Origin: a virus
Lineage: Duplodnaviria > Caudoviricetes
Virus record (IMG/VR): IMGVR_UViG_3300033076_000483
Span: 1-25,518 of that record
Length of the DNA stretch: 25,518 bases
Strand: one strand, 5' to 3'
A program made the translations under genes and the position numbers. Positions 1-6,943 of this stretch are shown piece by piece. The notes under the pieces were generated by a model. The model had not been told where the DNA came from, did no database searches, and saw only the letters and a list, made by a program, of their open reading frames with translations. The first letter of the stretch is position 1. Every line of letters starts with the position of its first letter.

Positions 1-144
1 TTTTCATTGATGCAACACCATAAGTATAGTCTAACTGAACTTGAAAGCATGTTACCTTGGGAACGAGATATCTATGTTACTATGTTAATCCAATATATTG
101 AGGAAGAAAACCAAAAACTTAAAGAACGACAGAAGAATAAATGA
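1..144 (+). CDS. gp51: Baseplate hub assembly protein gp51-like, 5' partial
   Basis: Frame 1 reads FSLMQHHKYSLTELESMLPWERDIYVTMLIQYIEEENQKLKERQKNK*, the typical C-terminus of gp51 in T4-like phages. Its stop overlaps the next ATG (ATGA, 141-144). Not in the ORF track. Confidence 0.8.
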   Translation, partial: FSLMQHHKYSLTELESMLPWERDIYVTMLIQYIEEENQKLKERQKNK

Positions 145-1460
145 TAGAGCAAGAAACAAAACGTCCACGCAGTAAAATGGCAAGTGATTATGTGCCAGAT
201 GATGTGGTGTCTCCGAAATTATCAGAACAGACTACGAAAACAACTTCTAGTCTGTTAAAGTCGTTACACATAAAAGATAATCAAGAATTCTCAAGTTCTT
301 CTTCTAGTAAAGAAATACTTGGTGCATTATATGCATTAATGGTAAAAATAGAATCCAATAAGCAAAAACTTGCCGATATGGATGAATCCAAGAAAGAAGA
401 ATATGATAATGAAGATTTGAGGAGACATAAAGAGATATTGAAAGCTTTGACAGTCCGCAGAATTGAACCTAAAAAACAAAAACAAGAAGAAAAAAAGGAA
501 GAAAAGAAAGCGGAACAAAAAGAAGAACCTCCTACCGAAGGTATATTACCGAATTTTGTCCAGAAAAGTAAGGAACTCGCCTCAAAGGTCAGAGAGAAGT
601 TCACTGGTCAAACCGCTGCAAAGGTTGCAACCACAGCGGCCGTGGGTCTCGGAGGAATGTCCATTGCACAAGCTGTTGGTGCTGCTGAAGCAGGTTCTGG
701 TGGTTATGATGTTGCCTTTGGTGATAGAAAGGTAAATGGTAAAATTGTCAATTCTATGGGATTGAAAACTGCCGAAGAATATAGTGGCAAAAAACTTTCC
801 GATATGACTTTGGCTGAAGTCAGAGATTTCCAAAATTATAGAAACAAGACAAAGAAAAATACTGGTGCCGTTGGTAAGTACCAATTTGTAGGTTCAACCT
901 TACAAAATGTCATAGATGAAATGAACTTGCCTATGGATGCAAAGTTCACACCAAAACTACAGGATGAAATGAATGAACACTTTTATAGAGGCAACGAAGC
1001 ATATCTAAAAAGAAATGGTGTGCAAACAACACCAGGTAATATGTACATGGCACACTATGTTGGTCCTGCCGGTGCCGTTGCAGTAAATCGTGCCGCAGCC
1101 AGAGGTGAAGATATTACTGTCCGTGATGCAATCATCAAAGCAAAACTTAGTGATCCAAAAGACCAAAACCCAGAACTGTCAAGAATAAAAGTAAAAGACT
1201 TTGAATCTGTTTTAGAAACAAGATTGGTTTCAAGTGGTCTTAAAGTGCAAACTATTCCTGCTGTTGCAACAACTGGCACAAGATTAGATGCGACTTCAAA
1301 AGACAGAAAAGATATGATTGAAGCAATGCAAGAGTTTACCTCAATACAACAAATAATCAACAATACAAATGTTGATTTTAATAATTCACAATCTGTGCCG
1401 GTTGAAACTGGTGGTAATGACAGTTCGGTATACCAACAGAAGAAAGATAGAAATAAATGA
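141..1460 (+). CDS. Tail/baseplate-associated protein with a lysozyme/lytic transglycosylase-like domain
   Basis: 439 aa. Motifs GAAEAGSGGY, AVGKYQF..STL, F...QD and YMAHYVGPAGA resemble the lysozyme-like superfamily. Charged coiled-coil N-terminus; directly after gp51. Confidence 0.65.
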   Translation: MIEQETKRPRSKMASDYVPDDVVSPKLSEQTTKTTSSLLKSLHIKDNQEFSSSSSSKEILGALYALMVKIESNKQKLADMDESKKEEYDNEDLRRHKEILKALTVRRIEPKKQKQEEKKEEKKAEQKEEPPTEGILPNFVQKSKELASKVREKFTGQTAAKVATTAAVGLGGMSIAQAVGAAEAGSGGYDVAFGDRKVNGKIVNSMGLKTAEEYSGKKLSDMTLAEVRDFQNYRNKTKKNTGAVGKYQFVGSTLQNVIDEMNLPMDAKFTPKLQDEMNEHFYRGNEAYLKRNGVQTTPGNMYMAHYVGPAGAVAVNRAAARGEDITVRDAIIKAKLSDPKDQNPELSRIKVKDFESVLETRLVSSGLKVQTIPAVATTGTRLDATSKDRKDMIEAMQEFTSIQQIINNTNVDFNNSQSVPVETGGNDSSVYQQKKDRNK

Positions 1461-2755
1461 GTATAACCTATCAACAAGCCAAGCGAATTAGAAAAACAAA
1501 ACTGACCGATTTAATATCGGATCAGATAATGTATGAGAAGAGCATAGCAAAAGGCATCAAAAAAGGTATATCACTAAAGATACGTGGTAAAGTAAAGGGT
1601 ATAACTGAAAAGTTTGACCCCTTGAACATTGCTAAGTTTCTAACATTTGGTTCTTCTTTGGGACCTGCTTTGCTTGGTCACTTATTGGGTAGAGACCCAA
1701 GAGACATTCAATATTTTTCAGGTCGCTTCAAACCAATTCGTGAAAACAGAATCAAAGCCGACAAAATCAGACCACTACCAAAAGAAGATGTAGTAGGTGA
1801 TTTGAATGATATTCTTTCCAAGATGTATAAACTGATGGCAACTACGCATGAAAATGAATTGCGTAGAAAAGAACTTAGTGACAACAAGATGGAAGAAGTC
1901 GAAATGGAAAGAGAAAGACGCCATCAAGAGGTCTTGAATGCTCTTGAGTTGTTGACCGGTAAAAAGATAAAAAGAAAAGCAGTAAGAGTTGCACCAACAA
2001 GTTCTGGTATAGGTGCAGGAACTGTTGCAGCTGCCGTTGCTGCTGGTGCAGGTGCTGTTACGGCTGCTGCGGTTGCTGCCAAGGCTCTACCATCTTTGAT
2101 GAGAATGTTTTTGTTGACACCACTAGGTTTGTATATTACTGCTGGTGCAGCTATGTTGTCATTGTTGTATAATGATGAGAATCCTGAACAAACTACAAAA
2201 CAAATTCTTGGTGCTGGTGATCCTGCAGCAGTTAGTACCGCTATCGTAGAAGCATCAGAAGAAACCTCTGCCATCGAGAAAAAGAGATTGAGAATATTAG
2301 CTGACAGACCATCAAATAAAAAGTCATATTTGTTCTGGCGTGATAAAGATATGCAAGATAATTATTTGAAAGAAATTGGTTGGGATCCACAAACAGGAAC
2401 AACAGCTGAAGAACGTCAAAAAGGTATTCACCATATTGACAGTCAAGGTAGAAATGTAAGTAAAATACTACCTACTGAAAATGAACAAAAAATTCCAGCA
2501 GAAACCAAGAAAAATAACTTAGCACCAAAAGCTACAATTCAAGACTCTCAGACAAATAAAAAATTTGATGAAGTGCAAAAACAAAACTTGGATGTTAAGA
2601 TTGCACCGCCACCAAAGACACCAACTGAAACCACAAATAACACAAATGTGAATACATCACAAATGTCTGTTCCTGTTAAAAGGCCTATTCCTGACGTTCG
2701 TAACCATGAAGATTCGTTCGAGCGCATGATATTTGATTCAACAAGAGTTGTTTAA
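1457..2755 (+). CDS. Putative tail/baseplate hub or tape-measure-like protein, paralog of the upstream gene
   Basis: 432 aa, ATGA overlap with the upstream gene. Ala/Gly-rich hydrophobic middle. Shares a 45-aa motif ending RRHxExLxAL and a C-terminal NNTNV with 141..1460. Confidence 0.55.
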   Translation: MSITYQQAKRIRKTKLTDLISDQIMYEKSIAKGIKKGISLKIRGKVKGITEKFDPLNIAKFLTFGSSLGPALLGHLLGRDPRDIQYFSGRFKPIRENRIKADKIRPLPKEDVVGDLNDILSKMYKLMATTHENELRRKELSDNKMEEVEMERERRHQEVLNALELLTGKKIKRKAVRVAPTSSGIGAGTVAAAVAAGAGAVTAAAVAAKALPSLMRMFLLTPLGLYITAGAAMLSLLYNDENPEQTTKQILGAGDPAAVSTAIVEASEETSAIEKKRLRILADRPSNKKSYLFWRDKDMQDNYLKEIGWDPQTGTTAEERQKGIHHIDSQGRNVSKILPTENEQKIPAETKKNNLAPKATIQDSQTNKKFDEVQKQNLDVKIAPPPKTPTETTNNTNVNTSQMSVPVKRPIPDVRNHEDSFERMIFDSTRVV

Positions 2756-2760
2756 CCAAT

Positions 2761-2784
2761 AAAAAACCCCGCACTAGGCGGGGT
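2761..2784 (-). terminator. Rho-independent terminator between convergent blocks
   Basis: Stem ACCCCGC-actag-GCGGGGT (2766-2784) with an A-run at 2761-2766, which is the U-tract on the - strand, downstream of gp32. Confidence 0.85.
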
Positions 2785-2815
2785 CTAAACAAAGTTCTGA
2801 GAAAGGAGCTTTTGT

Positions 2816-3697
2816 TTAATCTTCAGCTAACTTAGAGAAGTAAGCCATATCATCATCTTCTGTTTCTGGTTCCCATGGTTCACCCTCAGAAGATTTTGGT
2901 GTTTTTGGTGCAGCAGCCTTGATTGTTTCAACAGTTGTCTTAGGCATTTCAGTAGCACCCAAAACTTTGTCCAAACGAGCCTTCAAGTCATCATATGATT
3001 TGAATTCTTTATCTTCTGTCAATACAGACAGAGAGTGTTGAGACTTCCAAATCTTTTCAAGTTCTTCATCGTCATCCAACAATGCTGATGGTGACATAAA
3101 TTCAGACTTGTCATAGTTCTGATAACCAGCAACTTTAGTAATCTTCAACTTAAAGTTGGCACCTTTCCACAAATCAAATGGATTGATTGGTGTTTCATCC
3201 TCAAACTGAGGGTTCATTGCTTCCGTAATCTTCTCAAAAATCTTGGCACCAAACTTAAACAATTTAACTTTGCCTTCGTTTTCTGGATGCTTAGGATCAG
3301 ATACGATATACACGTTTGCAATGTAAGATAGTTTACGCTTTTGTTTACGAACGATATCTTTGTTTGCTTCAATACCTGAGTTCCACAATTTGTTATTGTG
3401 TTCACAAACAGGACATTGTTGACCTTTGGTTGTCAAACACTTGTCGATTAACCAACCACCAGGTCCCTGAAATCCATGTTCAAAGATTTTTGCCCAAGGC
3501 AGACCATCATCACCATCTACAGCTGCAGCTGGCAAGAAACGAATAGTAGCCATACCGTTGCCGGCTTTATCTACCTCTGGTCTCCAATAGTTCTCTTTGT
3601 CGGATTTACCGTCTGACGAAGCGTTGAGTGCTTCTACGGCTTTAGTGAGTTTGTCCAGATTGCCTGAACTCTTTTTCAATTTGGCGAAATCTACCAT
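2816..3697 (-). CDS. gp32: Single-stranded DNA-binding protein gp32
   Basis: DKAGNG.A.IRFLPA, HGFQGPGGW, C..T.G..CPVCE zinc site, GANFKLKI..VAGY.NYDKSEF and acidic C-tail DDDMAYFSKLAED. Confidence 0.97.
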   Translation of the reverse strand: MVDFAKLKKSSGNLDKLTKAVEALNASSDGKSDKENYWRPEVDKAGNGMATIRFLPAAAVDGDDGLPWAKIFEHGFQGPGGWLIDKCLTTKGQQCPVCEHNNKLWNSGIEANKDIVRKQKRKLSYIANVYIVSDPKHPENEGKVKLFKFGAKIFEKITEAMNPQFEDETPINPFDLWKGANFKLKITKVAGYQNYDKSEFMSPSALLDDDEELEKIWKSQHSLSVLTEDKEFKSYDDLKARLDKVLGATEMPKTTVETIKAAAPKTPKSSEGEPWEPETEDDDMAYFSKLAED

Positions 3698-3717
3698 AAT
3701 TTACCTACTTTCTTATT

Positions 3718-3768
3718 AACGGAATATAACGGAATATAAACGGATTGTCCACATTATTCATAATATGG
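3718..3768 (-). promoter_or_regulatory. gp32 5' leader: hairpin followed by three TCCGTT-core repeats (possible autoregulatory operator)
   Basis: The - strand reads CCATATTA-tgaa-TAATGTGG (hairpin), then aTCCGTTt atatTCCGTT atatTCCGTT, ahead of the SD and ATG. Confidence 0.5.
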
Positions 3769-3769
3769 T

Positions 3770-4264
3770 TTATTTAGGCGAGTTTGTCAGTATATCCATC
3801 AATTCTGACAAAGTTTGTTCGGTATTTTTATGATGTATACCAATACCACCTGCCTCTTTCCAATCTTCAATAACACTTAATGTATCGTCAATGATGATTG
3901 AATTTGGTGTTGCCCATTTGTACTTGAGGTGTTTTCCAGGTACAAAGTTTTGTTTCCATGCAATGTTATGTGTTGCTAACCAACGTGCTTTTTGCATAGC
4001 GATTGATTCATAAACTTCTTGGTATGCGGTAGAAGATAGAATCTCTTTTGGAATGTTTAATACATCTAATGCATTAATCAATTTGCGACCATCAGGCATC
4101 AATTCTAATGTTGCAAATTGGCCAGTAGCAATGAAGTCTCCAAAATTTGTACGAAATGATGAACGTCTTTGTTCTTCTGGGATTTTACCATATAACTCTG
4201 TGTATCGTCTTTCGAAGTTGGCAATTACTCCATCCATATCAACATAGATTTTATCTATCTGCAT
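3770..4264 (-). CDS. HAD-superfamily 5'(3')-deoxyribonucleotidase-like protein
   Basis: YVDMDGVIANF (DxD motif I), ILSST, K..W, IIIDD and W.EAGGIGIHH. Confidence 0.85.
   Translation of the reverse strand: MQIDKIYVDMDGVIANFERRYTELYGKIPEEQRRSSFRTNFGDFIATGQFATLELMPDGRKLINALDVLNIPKEILSSTAYQEVYESIAMQKARWLATHNIAWKQNFVPGKHLKYKWATPNSIIIDDTLSVIEDWKEAGGIGIHHKNTEQTLSELMDILTNSPK
3771..3777 (-). promoter_or_regulatory. T4-type late promoter candidate CTAAATA upstream of gp32
   Basis: CTAAATA on the - strand, overlapping the stop of the upstream gene. Similar to the T4 TATAAATA late consensus. Confidence 0.55.
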
Positions 4265-4880
4265 AGTCTTTCAAACTTTCTTTCAAAACAGACAATAATT
4301 TGTCTTTATCATAATTTACAAAAGGTGTATACTTTTCAATTTTTCTTTTCCATTGTGGCCAAATGATTGTGTCTGTAATCTTTTTGTCCCACATAGGTAA
4401 GAAATTCATAATGTCATTTAATATAACCAGAGTTTCAATATTAACGTCATATCTCCAAACATATTGTAACAAGTCTGGATGTTGACCATTAACAACTTTC
4501 AATGAATCATTTGGATTACCATTTGTTTCATCGAGTATATACATTATATCTTCTTTGAATTGATACGTCAAGCTTTGGTTTCTTTTCTGCCAGTCTTTGT
4601 AAATTGTTTCACCATCACCTGTGGCAATATCACCAACCCATGCCACATCCCTTTCCAAGAAATTGGAAATATAAAAGTTTTGTAAATCAGCTAGGTTATA
4701 CTTGCGAGACAGTTTGTAGAAAGTATACTTGTCTTTCCTAGTAGCAAAGTTACTTTTGGAAACGTTGGTCTTTCCGTTATACTTAAAAAAATCGTAACTA
4801 TCAGAAGTAAAATGAAGCTTAATCCCTTGGTAGAGAGCATATGCAGAAAACCCAGACCCTTCTTCAAAATTAAATGTCAT
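4251..4880 (-). CDS. gp59: Helicase loader gp59
   Basis: Y..IKLHF....YDFFKYNGK, RKDKY.F.KL and KYTPF; located between gp33 and gp32 as in T4. Confidence 0.92.
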   Translation of the reverse strand: MTFNFEEGSGFSAYALYQGIKLHFTSDSYDFFKYNGKTNVSKSNFATRKDKYTFYKLSRKYNLADLQNFYISNFLERDVAWVGDIATGDGETIYKDWQKRNQSLTYQFKEDIMYILDETNGNPNDSLKVVNGQHPDLLQYVWRYDVNIETLVILNDIMNFLPMWDKKITDTIIWPQWKRKIEKYTPFVNYDKDKLLSVLKESLKDYADR

Positions 4881-5098
4881 ACTGGCAACTTAGAACTTTT
4901 CTTCAATAGATTTAATTCTTGTGCCTCTTCCCTGATTTTAGATTTTAAGGCACTAGAGACCAATGTGGATGCCACATCAATCTCCATACCTGTGCGCTCA
5001 CAATGGTGAACAATTGTGTCCATGATAGAGGTATTCATTTCCTCTGCTTGCGTCATAATCAAGGTGCTGAATTCAGCAATTTCATTTTTTGTAGGCAT
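4877..5098 (-). CDS. gp33: Late-transcription coactivator gp33
   Basis: F...I.......MD.IVHHCE.....LVS..LKSKI.EEA..LNLLKKS.KLP; synteny with gp59. Confidence 0.9.
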   Translation of the reverse strand: MPTKNEIAEFSTLIMTQAEEMNTSIMDTIVHHCERTGMEIDVASTLVSSALKSKIREEAQELNLLKKSSKLPV

Positions 5099-5574
5099 TA
5101 TCTAGTGTAAAATAAATGGTTACCAATTCGTGCAACGTATCTCAGATTCCAACCTGGATGAACCAAGTTGTTGTGAAAATACATTGACTTTGTTTTGTAT
5201 ATTGTATCGTGTATGATTGTTTCTGTCAAGGCCTTCCTTGCGATAATCATACATTCTTCCCATGCATACTTGTTGGTAACCTTTTTGTTCTTTTCACCCA
5301 CCCAACTGAATTGGTATGTGTTATTAACTTTTTGGTACACCACTTCACAAATAGTTTTTGGAAAATTTGGGTGGTTTGCACGGTTCATTGTAACTTGTGC
5401 TACTGCCAGTTTACCTTCGAATGGTTCTTTGGCTGCTTCAAAGTAAAGATTCTTGGCCATACATTCCATTTGTTTGGCCATATCAAAAGAAACTTGTTGC
5501 ACTTCCGATATTTCTTGTTGGTGTGAAATCACAGGTAACATTGCAAATAGAGTCAATAAAATGAATTTCTTCAT
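5098..5574 (-). CDS. SleB-like cell wall hydrolase (Hydrolase_2) with signal peptide
   Basis: CMAKNLYFEA, GKLAVAQVTMNR, FPKTICEVVYQ, QFSW and IGNHLFY. Start moved to ATG 5574 (MKKFILL), which has SD AGGAG. Confidence 0.9.
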   Translation of the reverse strand: MKKFILLTLFAMLPVISHQQEISEVQQVSFDMAKQMECMAKNLYFEAAKEPFEGKLAVAQVTMNRANHPNFPKTICEVVYQKVNNTYQFSWVGEKNKKVTNKYAWEECMIIARKALTETIIHDTIYKTKSMYFHNNLVHPGWNLRYVARIGNHLFYTR

Positions 5575-5615
5575 TACTTCTCCTTGTGTGTGTAAAGGGG
5601 TCTGAACCCCAACCC

Positions 5616-5888
5616 TCAAGATGACTTTTTAGAAACCTTAACTGGTTCTTGGATATTAGAAACAAAACCATTTAGAGTTTGAGCTTTGTTGATAATATCT
5701 TGTTCTGAGGGGATTGATGGCAAAGCCGGATGTTCAGGTGGTGTTTCACCTTTGGTCTTTGCTGAGTCACACTTAACGTTCCAGTCTTGTGTGATGCGGT
5801 CACGTTCTGCATTATATGAATCGTATAACATATCTCTCGCCATTTTTAATAGTTCGAGACGAATTTCAAAGGGTGTCATGTTTGACAT
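5616..5888 (-). CDS. Phage hypothetical protein
   Basis: 90 aa, MSNMTPFEIRLELLKMA...P.IPSEQDII.KA..LNGFVS; SD AGGAG. Confidence 0.8.
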   Translation of the reverse strand: MSNMTPFEIRLELLKMARDMLYDSYNAERDRITQDWNVKCDSAKTKGETPPEHPALPSIPSEQDIINKAQTLNGFVSNIQEPVKVSKKSS

Positions 5889-5974
5889 AGTTTTCTCCTG
5901 TGATGTGTGTAAGTGTAATGAAGGTTTTTAACGTGGTTGCCTCCAACCACGATCCTAAATGGATTAATTTAACT

Positions 5975-5981
5975 TATTTAG
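5975..5981 (-). promoter_or_regulatory. Late promoter candidate CTAAATA
   Basis: Intergenic CTAAATA just after the beta-barrel gene and upstream of the 5888/hydrolase/gp33 run. Confidence 0.55.
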
Positions 5982-5986
5982 GTTGT

Positions 5987-6538
5987 TTAGAAACTAAAGC
6001 CTAGACCAACACCAAATGCGTTCTCTTTGATTGTCTGACCGCTACGTGATGCGTTCAAGTTAAGAGAAACTTGTTTTGCAACTGGAATGCTGTATGTAGC
6101 AAAACCAACTGTTTGTTTAGTGCGAGCACCATCTTCTGTGGAACCAACACGTGTCTTAACACCAGTCAACAAGAAACCTGGACCAACTGGCAAACCATAA
6201 GTTGCACCAACTAGACCATAGTTATATCCTGTTCCGCCGTTGAAACCATTGTCGTGGCCAACACCAACAAATGGTGTGATTCCCTTAACATTCAAACTGT
6301 TTTTTGCAGCAGTTACTTCAACTGAACTTAGTGAACCAGAACCATCTTTGAATTTAGCGGTACGACCTTGTAGACCATACTGGATACCACCAATTTCTTT
6401 ACCTGCACGAATGTATTGTGCGGTGCTGTCGGCAGAACCATTACGACCTAAAACATTGTCAACATCAACTGAAACATAGTTAGCTGCTGATGCTGCGAAT
6501 GCCAACATTGCAAGGCTTGCGATTGCTATTTTCTTCAT
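5987..6538 (-). CDS. Small outer-membrane beta-barrel protein
   Basis: Sec signal peptide (MKKIAIASLAMLAFAASA), alternating amphipathic strands rich in Gly/Tyr, and C-terminal beta-signal FGVGLGFSF ending in Phe. Confidence 0.8.
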   Translation of the reverse strand: MKKIAIASLAMLAFAASAANYVSVDVDNVLGRNGSADSTAQYIRAGKEIGGIQYGLQGRTAKFKDGSGSLSSVEVTAAKNSLNVKGITPFVGVGHDNGFNGGTGYNYGLVGATYGLPVGPGFLLTGVKTRVGSTEDGARTKQTVGFATYSIPVAKQVSLNLNASRSGQTIKENAFGVGLGFSF

Positions 6539-6553
6539 AAAAACTCCTATAAT

Positions 6554-6592
6554 AAAAAAATAGTTGGTTATTCTGTTACGAGGAAACCAACC
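6554..6592 (-). terminator. Terminator-like hairpin at the 3' end of the tmRNA coding piece
   Basis: The - strand has a GGTTGGTT...AACCAACT stem followed by ATTTTTTT. Confidence 0.6.
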
Positions 6593-6609
6593 GAAACCCT
6601 AGTCAGCGT

Positions 6610-6642
6610 TTAGGCTGCCAATGCGAACTTTTCATCGTTTGC
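6610..6642 (-). other. tmRNA tag reading frame ANDEKFALAA*
   Basis: GCA AAC GAT GAA AAG TTC GCA TTG GCA GCC TAA, a canonical proteobacterial-type ssrA degron. Confidence 0.93.
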
Positions 6643-6914
6643 GTTTACTTTAATTAGTTTTTATAACTACTCTGTTAAGTTGTCCACTTCTATACTCTTT
6701 ACCCTGTCGAAACCAATGCATCCCCATCAAAAGAATTCTATCTAAGAGGCCGGTGTCGCCTTCGTGCCACAGGTTCACTTGTTACTGCTTGACACCAGTT
6801 CACCGCACGACTCAATGCCGGATACGGTACACGTAGAATTCTTTTGGTGGAGATGGGGGGAGTCGAACCCCCGTCCAGAATACTTTTCAAGTTGCTTCAT
6901 ACAACCATAATCAC

Positions 6915-6943
6915 ATTATACATAAAAAATCTTTACTTGTCAA
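6915..6943 (-). promoter_or_regulatory. Consensus sigma70 promoter of the tmRNA
   Basis: TTGACA (6943-6938), 17-nt spacer, TATAAT (6920-6915): a perfect consensus match. Confidence 0.9.

Larger units (their letters stand above)
6554..6908 (-). ncRNA. ssrA: Circularly permuted (two-piece) tmRNA
   Basis: On the - strand the acceptor piece (GGGGG-TTCGACT-CCCCC-CATCTCC-A-CCA, ending 6845) comes first. A 119-nt intervening segment (6726-6844) follows, then the coding piece starting GGGGATGCATTGGTTTCGAC (6725) with tag frame ANDEKFALAA* (6642-6610). The acceptor stem GGGGAUG/CAUCUCC has G3.U70 and discriminator A. The outer ends are approximate. Confidence 0.93.

Noticed and set aside
2005-2085. 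GCT/GGT-rich quasi-repeat
   Set aside because: Explained by Ala/Gly/Val codons in the coding frame; not a DNA-level repeat array.
281-2274. Minus-strand ORFs at 281-604, 582-884, 1055-1477 and 1924-2274
   Set aside because: Antisense shadows of the real + strand genes, with no motifs.
2785-2818. Second hairpin (TAAACAAAG...CTTTTGTTTA) between the gp32 stop and the terminator as a separate ncRNA
   Set aside because: Short and AU-rich; most simply a 3' UTR stability or termination element of the convergent junction.
5921-5951. Pistol ribozyme or canonical preQ1-I riboswitch
   Set aside because: It resembles the CGUGGUU...CCACGUUAAA start, but pistol P2/P3 and the preQ1 loop residues are missing, and there is no queuosine-related gene downstream.
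6741-6833. Known self-cleaving ribozyme (hammerhead, HDV/theta, twister) in the tmRNA spacer
   Set aside because: I could not find the hammerhead CUGAnGA/GAAA core or a convincing HDV-type nested double pseudoknot by eye. It is kept only as an unknown structured RNA.
6845-6877. Stand-alone tRNA-Ala or attP-like tRNA fragment
   Set aside because: There is no D-arm or anticodon arm upstream. The matching 5' acceptor strand and a tag frame lie downstream, which a permuted tmRNA explains.
6775-6900. 41-aa ORF MKQLEKYSGRGFDSPHLHQ... on the - strand
   Set aside because: It runs through the tmRNA T-arm and CCA and has no SD; most likely incidental.
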